A stretch of 64,000 nucleotides of DNA, taken from assembly GCF_927312905.1 (NCBI RefSeq), contig NZ_CAKMHQ010000045.1:58229-122228 (forward strand), in the 5' to 3' direction. The notes beneath the pieces were generated by a model. That model saw nothing but the letters and a program-made list of their open reading frames with translations. It did no database searches and had not been told where the DNA came from. Below, piece by piece: positions 50,224-61,383 of this stretch (the first letter of the stretch is position 1; every line of letters starts with the position of its first letter). Source of the stretch: Candidatus Nitrotoga sp. 1052 (GTDB taxonomy: Bacteria > Pseudomonadota > Gammaproteobacteria > Burkholderiales > Gallionellaceae). Both the position numbers and the translations under genes were made by a program.

Positions 50224-51462
50224 TTAAACCTTGCGAAACACCAAAGTAGCATTGGTGCCGCCAAAGCCAAATGAGTTGGACATGGCGACATTAATCGTCA
50301 TGTTGCGCGCAATGTTAGGCACATAATCCATATCACAAGCCTCATCCTGCTCGAAAATATTTATGGTAGGCGGGGCAATCTGATGGTAAATGCCAAGCGC
50401 GGAAAATATAGCCTCTATACCGCCCGCAGCTCCCAGTAAATGTCCTGTCATGGATTTGGTGGAACTGACCTTAACCTTCATCGCGTGTTCGCCAAGGCAG
50501 CGCTTCATTGCCATGGTTTCAGCCAAGTCGCCTAGCGGGGTGGAAGTGCCATGCGCATTAATATAATCCACCTGATCCACATTAAGGCCGGCATTGCGCA
50601 AGGCATTACTCATACAGCGCGCGGCACCCTCGCCGTCCTCGCGCGGTGCCGTCATATGGTATGCATCGGCACTCATACCATAACCTGCCACTTCGGCATA
50701 AATTTTTGCACCGCGGGTTTTGGCATGTTCATATTCTTCCAGCACTAAAACCCCAGCACCTTCTCCCAGCACAAAGCCATCACGTCCTTTGTCCCATGGA
50801 CGGCTGGCGGTAGCAGGATCGTCATTGCGAGTGGAAAGCGCTCGTGCAGATGAAAACCCCCCTAACGCAAGCGCACAAATTGACCCTTCAGAGCCACCTG
50901 CGATCATAATGTCGGCATCACCATATTCGATCAACCGGGCAGATTCGCCTATGCAATGAGTGGCTGTGGAACAGGCTGTCACCATGGACAGATTAGGTCC
51001 TTTAAAGCCATACATGATGGACAGATTGCCAGAAATCATGTTAATAATTGTACCCGGAATAAAGAACGGTGAAATCTTGCGTGGACCCGCCGCCAAATAG
51101 TCGTTATGACTATCTTCAATCTCCGGCAGCCCGCCGATACCAGATCCAATATTGACACCGATGCGTTCGGCATTTTGTTCAGTTACCTCTATCCCGGCAT
51201 CTTTAATTGCCTCCATGCCAGCTGCCAGGCCGTAATGAATAAATACATCCATACGCCGAGCATCCTTGGCAGAGAGGTATTGGTTCACATCAAACCCTTT
51301 CACCTCTCCGGCAATCTTCGATGTAAACAAGCTAGTGTCAAAACGTGTGATGCGGGTAATACCTGATTTGCCATCAACGATATTTTGCCATGCTTGGGAA
51401 ATTCCTGTACCAACGGGCGAAACAATACCCAAGCCAGTAATGACGACTCTGCGTTTTGCCAA
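50224..51462 (-). CDS. fabF: 3-oxoacyl-ACP synthase II
   Basis: Active-site Cys context ACSTATHCIG, His-His catalytic residues (…AHGTSTPLGD…, …TGHLLGAAG…), and C-terminal NSFGFGGTNATL. Confidence 0.85.
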   Translation of the reverse strand: MAKRRVVITGLGIVSPVGTGISQAWQNIVDGKSGITRITRFDTSLFTSKIAGEVKGFDVNQYLSAKDARRMDVFIHYGLAAGMEAIKDAGIEVTEQNAERIGVNIGSGIGGLPEIEDSHNDYLAAGPRKISPFFIPGTIINMISGNLSIMYGFKGPNLSMVTACSTATHCIGESARLIEYGDADIMIAGGSEGSICALALGGFSSARALSTRNDDPATASRPWDKGRDGFVLGEGAGVLVLEEYEHAKTRGAKIYAEVAGYGMSADAYHMTAPREDGEGAARCMSNALRNAGLNVDQVDYINAHGTSTPLGDLAETMAMKRCLGEHAMKVKVSSTKSMTGHLLGAAGGIEAIFSALGIYHQIAPPTINIFEQDEACDMDYVPNIARNMTINVAMSNSFGFGGTNATLVFRKV

Positions 51463-51501
51463 ACCGAACTCCGTTATTTTAGGGGAAAGCGAAAGGATGA
51501 A

Positions 51502-51738
51502 TTACTTAGGATGATCGTTAACGTAATCGATTGCCTGTTGCACCGTAGTTATTTTTTCTGCGTCTTCGTCTGGAATTTCACACTCGAACTCTTCTTCCAG
51601 CGCCATCACCAGCTCAACCGTATCCAATGAATCGGCACCCAGATCATTAACGAACGAGGACTCATTCTTCACTTCAGTCTCGTTTACACCGAGTTGTTCA
51701 GCAACGATTTTCTTGACGCGTTGTTCGATATTAGACAT
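51502..51738 (-). CDS. acpP: Acyl carrier protein
   Basis: [18 protein letters not shown]...[20 protein letters not shown] with the phosphopantetheine Ser in DSL. Start at ATG 51738, not the extended ORF start. Confidence 0.9.
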   Translation of the reverse strand: MSNIEQRVKKIVAEQLGVNETEVKNESSFVNDLGADSLDTVELVMALEEEFECEIPDEDAEKITTVQQAIDYVNDHPK

Positions 51739-51975
51739 GTAACTCTCCCTACTCTGGTTAAAGTTCAAAAAGCCTCGGCATTCTACCAAACTTACCTCAA
51801 ATTCCCAACCAGCCTCTTCCAATATGATTGGAGTCTGAAGGGTTATCGTATTTCTACCGAGGAATAAGTCTTAAATTGAATAATTGATGGACGTAAATTC
51901 AGGAGTTCCAGTGTCACTCCGAACAAAAAAGTGGACCATGCTTACTCCCGCCACCACACTCTCTTTTGTGATCCG

Positions 51976-52728
51976 CTACGTGGTGGGATTGGAAGTTTTC
52001 TTACGAAAACCGAGCAGCCACAGCACATAGCCAGATAGGGCATAGCACAAGAATAGCAGAAACAGCACTCCAGGCGGATAGCTGGAAATCAGTATAAAAA
52101 ATAACGCAACCAGGATAATAACAATAAACGGCACGCTCTTGCGCATATTGAAATCTTTGAAACTGTAGTAGCGCACGTTGCTAACCATACTCAAGCCGGC
52201 AAACACCGTGAGTGTGACAGCATACCAACGTGCCTCTTGACCGCTAAATTGATTGTCCAGCATTACCCAAACGAAACCTGCGATCACCGCGGCGGCAGCA
52301 GGGCTGGGCAGACCTTGAAAAAATCGCTTGTCTACCGTTTCAATATTTGCGTTGAAACGTGCCAGCCGTAATGCCGTGCCAGCGCAATAAATAAAGGCTG
52401 CGAACCAACCCAATTTACCTAAGTCCTTGAACGCCCATTCATACATCAGCAAAGAGGGGGCCACACCGAACGAAACCATATCGGACAGGCTATCATATTC
52501 CGCTCCAAATTCACTTTGGGTGCGGGTCAGTCGCGCCACACGACCATCCAGACCATCTAGCACCATTGCAATAAAAATTGCTACGGCAGCAAATTCAAAC
52601 TTGCTATTCATTGCCTGCACGATGGCGTAAAAACCGGCAAACAGTGCCGCCGTAGTCAATAAGTTGGGAAGCAGGTAGATACTGCGCCTGCGCAGATTCA
52701 TCGGTTTTCTGTCATTCAGGTCAGTCAT
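51976..52728 (-). CDS. pssA: CDP-diacylglycerol--serine O-phosphatidyltransferase (CDP-alcohol phosphatidyltransferase family)
   Basis: CDP-OH transferase motif DG.DG..AR......G...D...D in DGLDGRVARLTRTQSEFGAEYDSLSD. Polytopic membrane protein. Confidence 0.75.
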   Translation of the reverse strand: MTDLNDRKPMNLRRRSIYLLPNLLTTAALFAGFYAIVQAMNSKFEFAAVAIFIAMVLDGLDGRVARLTRTQSEFGAEYDSLSDMVSFGVAPSLLMYEWAFKDLGKLGWFAAFIYCAGTALRLARFNANIETVDKRFFQGLPSPAAAAVIAGFVWVMLDNQFSGQEARWYAVTLTVFAGLSMVSNVRYYSFKDFNMRKSVPFIVIILVALFFILISSYPPGVLFLLFLCYALSGYVLWLLGFRKKTSNPTT

Positions 52729-52758
52729 GATTTTGAAAGATTTTCATCATATTGGCCT

Positions 52759-53409
52759 TTAGCTTTTGGCCAAAACCGCCAGTATCGTAGTAGTTGCGTA
52801 TACTTTATCACCAATTGACACTTTTACGGCAGCCGTCAGTGGCAAGTACACGTCCACGCGCGAGCCGAAGCGGATGAAGCCATATCGCTGACCACGTGTC
52901 AGAACATCGCCTTCTTGCACATAACACAGGATACGGCGTGCGATCAGCCCGGCCACCTGCACACTGGTTACATCTTGCCCATCAGCCCTTTTAATCCATA
53001 TGGCATTTCGCTCATTTTCCAGCGAAGCCTTAGCCAGATCAGCATTCACGAACTTGCCAGGGAAATATTGGATGCGCTTCACCAAGCCATCTATGGGACT
53101 GCGATTGGAATGCACATTAAATACATTCATGAACACGCTTATCTTGATGGCATCGCGCTGCACATAGGGATCCTGCGTGCGCTCCACCGCCACAATGCGA
53201 CCATCAGCAGGTGATAACACTGCATCTGCATCCTGTGGGATTTCGCGCGGCGGATCGCGGAAAAATTGCAGCACAAACAGCGCCACCAACCAAAGCGGGA
53301 GCGACCACACCCCGCCGCCAAAATATGATACCAAACTAGCGATGAATACGGCGATGGCCAAGAATGGCCAACCCTCGCGTGCGATGATTGGATGGGGATA
53401 ATTAGGCAT
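52759..53409 (-). CDS. psd: Phosphatidylserine decarboxylase family protein (short Psd-related type)
   Basis: About 215 aa with the FGSRVD self-cleavage-site-like motif (GST-type region). Immediately downstream of pssA. Confidence 0.65.
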   Translation of the reverse strand: MPNYPHPIIAREGWPFLAIAVFIASLVSYFGGGVWSLPLWLVALFVLQFFRDPPREIPQDADAVLSPADGRIVAVERTQDPYVQRDAIKISVFMNVFNVHSNRSPIDGLVKRIQYFPGKFVNADLAKASLENERNAIWIKRADGQDVTSVQVAGLIARRILCYVQEGDVLTRGQRYGFIRFGSRVDVYLPLTAAVKVSIGDKVYATTTILAVLAKS

Positions 53410-53532
53410 TAGAAGGGAGAAACGAAAATTGGATTTTTAGAAACAAGGATTGCAGAACAAAAATCGTGCAGCTTAGGATTGAAAGCGATCCAGCACTCAT
53501 TATTCAAACTCTCAATCCCAGCCCCATCATTC

Positions 53533-54576
<1,044 letters not shown>

Positions 54577-54584
54577 TTAAAAAA

Positions 54585-55076
54585 TTAAAGTTTTAAAATG
54601 CGATCGCCGCGCCCGATGCCGGACGCGCCGGTACGCACGGTCTCCAGGATTAGGCTGCGGTCTATGGCTTGCAAGAAGCTTTCCAGCTTGTGACCGGTAC
54701 CGGTTAATTGAATGGTGTAAGTTTTGTCAGATACATCAATAATGCACCCGCGGAAAATATCCGTCATGCGCTTCATCTCCTCTCGCACCGCACCCACCGC
54801 ACGCACTTTCACCAACATTAACTCGCGCTCCAGATGTTCGCCTTCGCTCAGGTCCATCACCGCGACTACCTCAATCAGCTTATTGAGCTGCTTGTAAATC
54901 TGTTCGATCACTTCGTCAGAACCGCTGGTAACTATAGTCATACGCGACAGGGTGGCATCTTCTGTGGGCGCCACAGTGAGTGACTCGATGTTGTAGCCGC
55001 GCGCTGAAAACAACCCGGAAACACGCGATAAGGCGCCCGCCTCATTTTCCATCAACAGGGAAATAATATGCCGCAT
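54585..55076 (-). CDS. ilvH: Acetolactate synthase small (regulatory) subunit
   Basis: ACT domain start HIISLLMENEAGALSRVSGLFSARGYNIESLTV. 163 aa. Confidence 0.85.
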   Translation of the reverse strand: MRHIISLLMENEAGALSRVSGLFSARGYNIESLTVAPTEDATLSRMTIVTSGSDEVIEQIYKQLNKLIEVVAVMDLSEGEHLERELMLVKVRAVGAVREEMKRMTDIFRGCIIDVSDKTYTIQLTGTGHKLESFLQAIDRSLILETVRTGASGIGRGDRILKL

Positions 55077-56782
55077 TACAAATCCTCCGCCAGAATCACT
55101 TCAGACAAGCCCTTGCCACCCTGTACCATGGGGAACACGTTTTCAGTCTGGTCTGTTATGAAATCCATGAATACCAGTTGTTGCTTACGCCCAAACGCTT
55201 CTTTCAATGCAGGTTCCACATCCGATGGCTTCTCAATGCGCATACCAACATGACCATAGGCTTCCGCCAGCTTCACAAAATCGGGCAACGCATCCATGTA
55301 GGATTCGGCATACCGGTTGCCATGGAAGAACTGCTGCCACTGGCGCACCATCCCTAGATAACGGTTATTCAACATGATAATTTTGAGCGGCAATTGAAAT
55401 TGCTTGCAGGTGGAGAGCTCCTGAATGCACATTTGAATACTGCCTTCACCAGTGACGCAAGCTACATGCGCATCTGGATGAGCAAGTTGCACGCCCATTG
55501 CCGCGGGCAAACCGAAGCCCATGGTGCCCAGCCCGCCGGAGTTAATCCAGCGACGCGGCTTATCAAATTTGTAGTACTGCGCCGCCCACATCTGATGCTG
55601 CCCAACGTCGGAAGTGATGAAGGCATCGCCCTGGGTAACTTCATACAGCTTTTCGATCACGAACTGCGGCTTAATTATCTCATCCGAATTTTTATAGACT
55701 AAGCTATTCTTGCCGCGCCATTCCTTAATTTGCGCCCACCACGGCGCAATCGCCTGCTGATCGGGCTTTTCCTTGCTACCGTGCAATTCCGCCAGCAGAT
55801 CGTCCAACACATGTGCCACATCGCCGACGATAGGCAAATCCACCTTCACCCGCTTGGAAATTGAGGAAGGATCAATGTCAATGTGAATGATCTTGCGTTT
55901 TTCCTGATTAAAGTGCTTAACATTACCAACCACGCGATCATCAAAGCGTGCTCCCACGGCCAGCAATACATCACAATACTGCATCCCCATGTTTGCCTCG
56001 TACGTGCCATGCATGCCCAACATTCCAACAAATTGCTTGTCTGTCGCCGGATAGCCACCCAAACCCATCAAGGTGTTGGTACAGGGAAAACCCAACAAAC
56101 GCACCAACTCGGTCAATTGCTTAGATGCATCAGCCAGGATCACGCCGCCGCCCGCATAAATCATCGGCCGTTTGGCTGCTAGCAGCAACTGCACGGCACA
56201 CTTAACCTGCTCCAGGTCACTATGCTGCGCCGGATGGTAAGAGCGGATGTTCACCGATGATGGATAGCTGAACTCCGTCTTTTGATTGGATATATCTTTC
56301 GGAATATCTACCAGCACTGGCCCAGGTCGACCGCTTTTGGCGAGATAAAATGCCTTCTTAATGGTGCTGGCGATTTCCTTAACGTCTTTGACCAGGAAAT
56401 TATGCTTCACGCAAGGTCGTGTTATGCCAACAGTATCCACCTCCTGAAAAGCATCTTCGCCGATGGCATAAGTCGGCACTTGGCCACTGATAATTACCAT
56501 AGGAATAGAATCCATATAGGCAGTGGCAATACCTGTGACTGCATTGGTCACCCCGGGGCCAGAGGTGACTAACGCGACCCCCACCTTATCAGTGGAACGG
56601 GCGTACCCGTCGGCGGCATGAACTGCAGCTTGCTCGTGACGAACTAGTATATGTTTAACCTGATTCTGAGCGAACAACGCATCGTAAATGTGCAAGACCG
56701 CACCGCCAGGGTACCCGAACACATATTCAGTCCCCTCTTCCTGCAAACATCTAATGGTTATTTCCGCGCCCGTCAGTTCCAT
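55076..56782 (-). CDS. ilvI: Acetolactate synthase large (catalytic) subunit
   Basis: ThDP-binding GDG...N motif region (…GLPAAMGVQLA…, …NNRYLGMVRQWQ…) and the N-terminal pyrimidine-binding domain. 568 aa. Confidence 0.85.
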   Translation of the reverse strand: MELTGAEITIRCLQEEGTEYVFGYPGGAVLHIYDALFAQNQVKHILVRHEQAAVHAADGYARSTDKVGVALVTSGPGVTNAVTGIATAYMDSIPMVIISGQVPTYAIGEDAFQEVDTVGITRPCVKHNFLVKDVKEIASTIKKAFYLAKSGRPGPVLVDIPKDISNQKTEFSYPSSVNIRSYHPAQHSDLEQVKCAVQLLLAAKRPMIYAGGGVILADASKQLTELVRLLGFPCTNTLMGLGGYPATDKQFVGMLGMHGTYEANMGMQYCDVLLAVGARFDDRVVGNVKHFNQEKRKIIHIDIDPSSISKRVKVDLPIVGDVAHVLDDLLAELHGSKEKPDQQAIAPWWAQIKEWRGKNSLVYKNSDEIIKPQFVIEKLYEVTQGDAFITSDVGQHQMWAAQYYKFDKPRRWINSGGLGTMGFGLPAAMGVQLAHPDAHVACVTGEGSIQMCIQELSTCKQFQLPLKIIMLNNRYLGMVRQWQQFFHGNRYAESYMDALPDFVKLAEAYGHVGMRIEKPSDVEPALKEAFGRKQQLVFMDFITDQTENVFPMVQGGKGLSEVILAEDL

Positions 56783-57068
56783 GTCAAACTACCTTAGCAA
56801 ACAATAATTAAAGAACCGTGCAAGATAAAGGTTAGACGCATTTTGGTCAACCCCCACGCCAGAACGGGATTAACAATTATCTATTGATTTATGATGAAAT
56901 TTGTTAGCATTCGTCATTCATTAATTTAGTAGGCCATCTGTAAAACTAAAAACTTCATCACAATTACAATGTTGCTCAAAATCTATTTGCTTACATATCA
57001 AAGACATGTAGTGCCGTGTGATTTTATCGCACCTTGAATTTTGAATTTGGGTAACCTTTGAATTTTCA

Positions 57069-57680
57069 ATGTTACCCAGTAGTTATCACCCATCAGGGGA
57101 GCATTTCAAACTGGCCAGCCACGACGAACTTTCCAAATTTCTCGCCGAAACCGAACGTCGCGCCTACAAACAGGCGTTGTTCGCGATACGCGACGAACAT
57201 GTGGCGTTAGATATCGTACAGGACTCCATGCTTAAACTTGCCGAAAAATACGGCGGTAAACCCACAAATGAATTGCCCATGTTATTTCAGCGTATCCTGC
57301 AAAACACTATTCGCGACCATTGCCGAAGACAGAAAGTGCGCTCCAGGTGGATTTCGCTGATGTCCTCGCTGATTCCACAACATGAGGAAGCTGATTTTGA
57401 GCCACTGGATAGCCTTCAGGACGAAGACAACAACAGCCAAGGACTTGCTCCTGATGCATCTTTTGAACAATCCCAACTTATTGCTCTGATTGAAGAAGCA
57501 TTAATCATTCTCCCGGCACGTCAACGTGAGGCCTTCCTGTTGCGTTATTGGGAGGATATGGATACTACAGAAACAGCGGCGATCATGGGTTGCACAGAAG
57601 GTAGCGTCAAAACACACTGCTCACGCGCCACCCATAGCCTCGCGGCCATTTTGAGGAAAAAAGGAGTTCACTTGCCATGA
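57069..57680 (+). CDS. ECF-type RNA polymerase sigma factor (sigma-70 family group IV)
   Basis: Region 2 (ALFAIRDEHVALDIVQDSMLKL) and region 4 HTH (REAFLLRYWEDMDTTETAAIMGCTEGSVKTHCSRA). Confidence 0.7.
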   Translation: MLPSSYHPSGEHFKLASHDELSKFLAETERRAYKQALFAIRDEHVALDIVQDSMLKLAEKYGGKPTNELPMLFQRILQNTIRDHCRRQKVRSRWISLMSSLIPQHEEADFEPLDSLQDEDNNSQGLAPDASFEQSQLIALIEEALIILPARQREAFLLRYWEDMDTTETAAIMGCTEGSVKTHCSRATHSLAAILRKKGVHLP

Positions 57681-58021
57681 AAAAAAATGAACTGAACCAT
57701 GAAAATATCAAACAATTGCTTAACCACTCCGTCGCACAGCTCGAACGACCCACGCTGACACGCCTGCGCCACGCGCGGGAGCAAGCCATGGCACGCTATG
57801 CTACACGTCGTGCGGAGCCTGTATTTGCCCGAGCTGGGCATGCCATATGGCATGCTTTCGGTGCGCAACACAAGTCGCGCTTGTGGGCCACCACTTTGCT
57901 GGTTGCGATTATTCTGTTCAGCGCTACAGCTTATTGGAATCATATTGCGAAATCCGATACAGCCGACGTAGATATCGCCATTCTGACTGGTGATTTGCCC
58001 ATACACTTTTACGTTGACTGA
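57677..58021 (+). CDS. DUF3619-like small membrane protein (likely ECF sigma partner)
   Basis: 114 aa, one transmembrane helix (ATTLLVAIILFSATAYW). Overlaps the sigma-gene stop. This gene order is typical in betaproteobacteria. Confidence 0.4.
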   Translation: MKKNELNHENIKQLLNHSVAQLERPTLTRLRHAREQAMARYATRRAEPVFARAGHAIWHAFGAQHKSRLWATTLLVAIILFSATAYWNHIAKSDTADVDIAILTGDLPIHFYVD

Positions 58022-58440
58022 TGCAAATCATGCACCTGATCCGCCATCACCTGTTCGCATTGAGCGTCGCCGTACTTTTGTTTCTGCCAACGATAGCTGG
58101 AGCACAGTCATGGGAGAATCTCACCCCAGTGCAACGAGAGGCACTGGCTCCGCTCTCTAAAGAATGGAATACACTGCAAATACAGCAGCAGCAGCGTCTC
58201 ATCAATTTGGCGAAACGCTACCCACAGCTTGATGCAGTGCAGAAACAACGCCTGCATAACAGACTGGAAAAATGGAGCAAGCTAACGCCCGAACAGCGTA
58301 ACCGTGCCCGCGAAAAATTCCAGGCATTTAGCAAAGCTCCTTTGGAAAAACGCGAACAGGTCAAACAAATGGTTCGCCAACAAGAAGCTGAAAAATTGAG
58401 CATACCTGCTGCAAACCCCGCATTAACCAACACGCCATAA
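58021..58440 (+). CDS. DUF3106-like periplasmic protein with signal peptide
   Basis: Signal peptide then a charged, Q/R/K-rich helical domain (…QQQQRLINLAKRYPQLDAVQKQRLHNRLEKWSKLTPEQRNRAREKFQ…). Confidence 0.4.
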   Translation: MQIMHLIRHHLFALSVAVLLFLPTIAGAQSWENLTPVQREALAPLSKEWNTLQIQQQQRLINLAKRYPQLDAVQKQRLHNRLEKWSKLTPEQRNRAREKFQAFSKAPLEKREQVKQMVRQQEAEKLSIPAANPALTNTP

Positions 58441-59132
58441 AATTTATAGCCATGCTTCCTATGACAGATTTTGGTGCACACCGCAACAACTCGATCACAC
58501 GAATTTACGTGAGTTAGAAGTGCAGTAAGCTGAAAAAAAATGGAGTCCAGCGTTTCAATAAATCGGCCCACACGGCTTGCCGCGCCCCATATATGGGTTG
58601 AAATATCTTGCAAATACACTGTGATAACGCGGGAACAGTGGCCGTCAGCTTCGTGGAAGGTTTCAACTCTGTCAAAGACCAATTCCAAGGGAAGCTGTAA
58701 CCCCATCTATGGCGGCATCATTAGGTGACCCTGTTAAGGAAATTTATTTAATCCGAGTCCCCGTCCTGCGGCTTTAACCATCAGGAAAATAAAGCCTACT
58801 GGGCTGCTAGCGGAAACAAGCCCGCCTTGGCTACTTGTCACCCCCTGCTTTCACGCAACGATATTATGAAAATCAGCCCGCTACTTAACCCGTTGGACTC
58901 CATTATTGTCAACGTCTCATACTGACTCCGTTTGGTATTTGTCTAGTCTTCTAATGTCCCACCCTCTTTGATCCGGGCATTTTCTTCCCGGTGGTTACGT
59001 TGGCGCGGCATCTCCACGAAAGTGGCGTTTATAAGATTTCAAGCATTAACAGAATGAGGTATTTGGATGGTTTACCTTCGTATTTTTATGCATCTATAAT
59101 CTAATTTTTCCCGTTCAATCTTTGGAGTTACC

Positions 59133-59918
59133 TTGTTTAAGCTAATTGGTGTCATATTAGGTTTTTACTTTTTCGGTTTTTTCGGAGCAGTTATTGGTTA
59201 TTTACTGGGAAGTTTTCTTGACCGTTATAAAGCTTATGGTATTGGCGGAGTTAACCCGCTCAGCCAACACCAGCGCCAATCAGTATTTCTTGAAACTGTT
59301 TTTATTTCAATGGGCAAACTTGCTAAAGCGGATGGTCATATATCGCAAGATGAAATTGATCATGTTGAACAGTTCATTCAAAAACTGGGAATGTCAGCTG
59401 AGCATAGGCAACAAGCAATTGCTCTTTTTAAACAAGGAGCCGATGCAAACTTTGATATTGAACCGAACTTAAAGAAATTTATTGCCATTTGTGGCAATAC
59501 GCATAACTTAAAGCAAATGTTGCTGGTCTATCTCATAGTCATGGCTTTGTCTGATGGGCATATTCATTCAGCTGAAGAAATAATGCTAAAAGACGTTGCC
59601 CGTCATTTTGGTTATGACCAAGCTGCATTTAAGCAAATACTGGATATGGTTTTAAATCAGTCCCACTTTGCCAGCGGACAAACACCCACCGCCTCCCGCC
59701 TGGACGAAGCCTATAAAGCGTTGGGCGTAAGCAAAGAAAGCAGCGACCACGAAATAAAACGCGCTTATCGCAAGTTAATGAGCCAATATCACCCCGATAA
59801 GTTAATGGGCCAAGGTGTTCCTGAAGATATGATCGCTGTGGCAACTGAACAAGCAAAGGAAGTACAGGTTGCCTACGATTTGATTACAACGAGCCGAATA
59901 AAAGGCGAGGGTAGTTAG
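59133..59918 (+). CDS. djlA: Co-chaperone DjlA-like protein (N-terminal transmembrane helix, TerB-like domain, C-terminal J domain)
   Basis: N-terminal transmembrane helix, central TerB-like region, and a C-terminal J domain with HPD (YRKLMSQYHPDKL). Confidence 0.65.
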   Translation: MFKLIGVILGFYFFGFFGAVIGYLLGSFLDRYKAYGIGGVNPLSQHQRQSVFLETVFISMGKLAKADGHISQDEIDHVEQFIQKLGMSAEHRQQAIALFKQGADANFDIEPNLKKFIAICGNTHNLKQMLLVYLIVMALSDGHIHSAEEIMLKDVARHFGYDQAAFKQILDMVLNQSHFASGQTPTASRLDEAYKALGVSKESSDHEIKRAYRKLMSQYHPDKLMGQGVPEDMIAVATEQAKEVQVAYDLITTSRIKGEGS

Positions 59919-60003
59919 TTTTGTGCAAGCTGCCATATAACGAAAATTTGACCAACTTGAATCTGAAACATCATCCACACTTGATTCCAGATATCCCCGT
60001 CTT

Positions 60004-60522
60004 TTATTTCCTGCCATAAGTGACGAAATGGTATTCCAGGGCCTGAGGAGTTTCCTGGCTGCATTGCTCGCGCGCCAACTCCTGCCATTGTGTTTTATCA
60101 AATTCCGGAAAGTGCGTATCGCCTGCTACGTCTTGACTGATTTCGGTGAGGTAGATCGTGTCCACTAACGGCATGGCCAATGCGTAGAGTTCAGCACCTC
60201 CGACGATAAAAATTTCATCATCCCCTGCACAAGCCTTTACCGCTTCTTCCAGCGAGTGCGCCATGATGCAGCTTTCAATTTTTAATGCATCATTGCGTGT
60301 TACCACCACGGTAGTGCGGCCGGGCAGCGGCTTGCCGATGGAATCGAAAGTCTTGCGCCCCATGATCAGATGATGCCCCATGGTGAGCGATTTAAAGCGT
60401 TTAAGGTCTGCCGGAATACGCCATGGCAATGTGTTGTTGATCCCGATGGTGCGATTACGAGCCATTGCAACAATGATCGCAAGCTTGCCCTTCCTCTTGT
60501 CCCCTCCTTCGTCACTCGTCAT
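60004..60522 (-). CDS. folA: Dihydrofolate reductase
   Basis: [11 protein letters not shown]...[25 protein letters not shown] signature. Start overlaps the thyA stop (ATGA). Confidence 0.8.
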   Translation of the reverse strand: MTSDEGGDKRKGKLAIIVAMARNRTIGINNTLPWRIPADLKRFKSLTMGHHLIMGRKTFDSIGKPLPGRTTVVVTRNDALKIESCIMAHSLEEAVKACAGDDEIFIVGGAELYALAMPLVDTIYLTEISQDVAGDTHFPEFDKTQWQELAREQCSQETPQALEYHFVTYGRK

Positions 60523-61313
60523 ACAGCGACTGCGGCTTTAATCGCCGGGTGTGGGTCGTAGCCATCCAGCGAAAAGTCCTCAAATTTAAAATCGAAGATA
60601 TTTTTCACATTAGTATTGATGTGCATGACAGGCAGCGATCGCGGCTCGCGCGACAGTTGCAACTCAGCCTGTTCCAGATGGTTGAGATACAGATGTGCAT
60701 CGCCGAAGGTATGCACAAAATCACCTGGTTTCAGGCCACATACTTGCGCCATCATCAAGGTAAGCAACGCGTAAGATGCGATATTGAACGGCACGCCCAG
60801 GAAAATATCCGCACTGCGCTGATACAGCTGGCAGGAGAGCTTGCCATCAGACACATAGAACTGGAACAGGACATGGCAAGGCGCCAGCGCCATTTGATCC
60901 AGTTCCCCTACGTTCCAGGCGGAAACGATCAAGCGGCGTGAATCGGGATTACATTTAATCTGTTCTATAACATTGGAAATCTGGTCGATGGCGAGACCAT
61001 CCGATGCCGTCCATGAACGCCACTGTTTGCCATACACCGGGCCAAGGTTGCCATCCTCGTCTGCCCATTCATCCCAGATTTTGACACCATTTTCCTTGAG
61101 ATAGCGGATATTGGTATCGCCCTGCAAAAACCATAGCAACTCATGGATGATGGATTTCAGGTGACATTTTTTGGTGGTGACCAGCGGAAAGCCGTGTTCC
61201 AGATTAAAGCGCATCTGATAGCCGAATATGCTTACTGTGCCGGTGCCGGTGCGATCGCTCTTTTTTGTGCCGTGATTGAGCACATGTTTCATCAAATATA
61301 AATACTGGCGCAT
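60519..61313 (-). CDS. thyA: Thymidylate synthase
   Basis: [15 protein letters not shown]...DRTGTGT and the active-site Cys in LAPCH. 264 aa. Confidence 0.9.
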   Translation of the reverse strand: MRQYLYLMKHVLNHGTKKSDRTGTGTVSIFGYQMRFNLEHGFPLVTTKKCHLKSIIHELLWFLQGDTNIRYLKENGVKIWDEWADEDGNLGPVYGKQWRSWTASDGLAIDQISNVIEQIKCNPDSRRLIVSAWNVGELDQMALAPCHVLFQFYVSDGKLSCQLYQRSADIFLGVPFNIASYALLTLMMAQVCGLKPGDFVHTFGDAHLYLNHLEQAELQLSREPRSLPVMHINTNVKNIFDFKFEDFSLDGYDPHPAIKAAVAV

Positions 61314-61383
61314 AAAGATTCAGGGAATAGGTGGTGACTGTTTGTATAATGCCAGACAATACATAAAATTTATTGAGGAACAA

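Noticed and set aside
58690-58720. 6S RNA call as a feature
   Set aside because: Only a short 3'-arm-like match was seen. No complementary 5' arm or central bubble could be identified by eye. It is left as a low-interest finding only.
61276-61383. N-terminal extension of the M17 peptidase ORF back to 61276, overlapping thyA
   Set aside because: The extension overlaps the thyA coding end on the opposite strand and lacks a ribosome-binding site. ATG 61384 has a gagga site.
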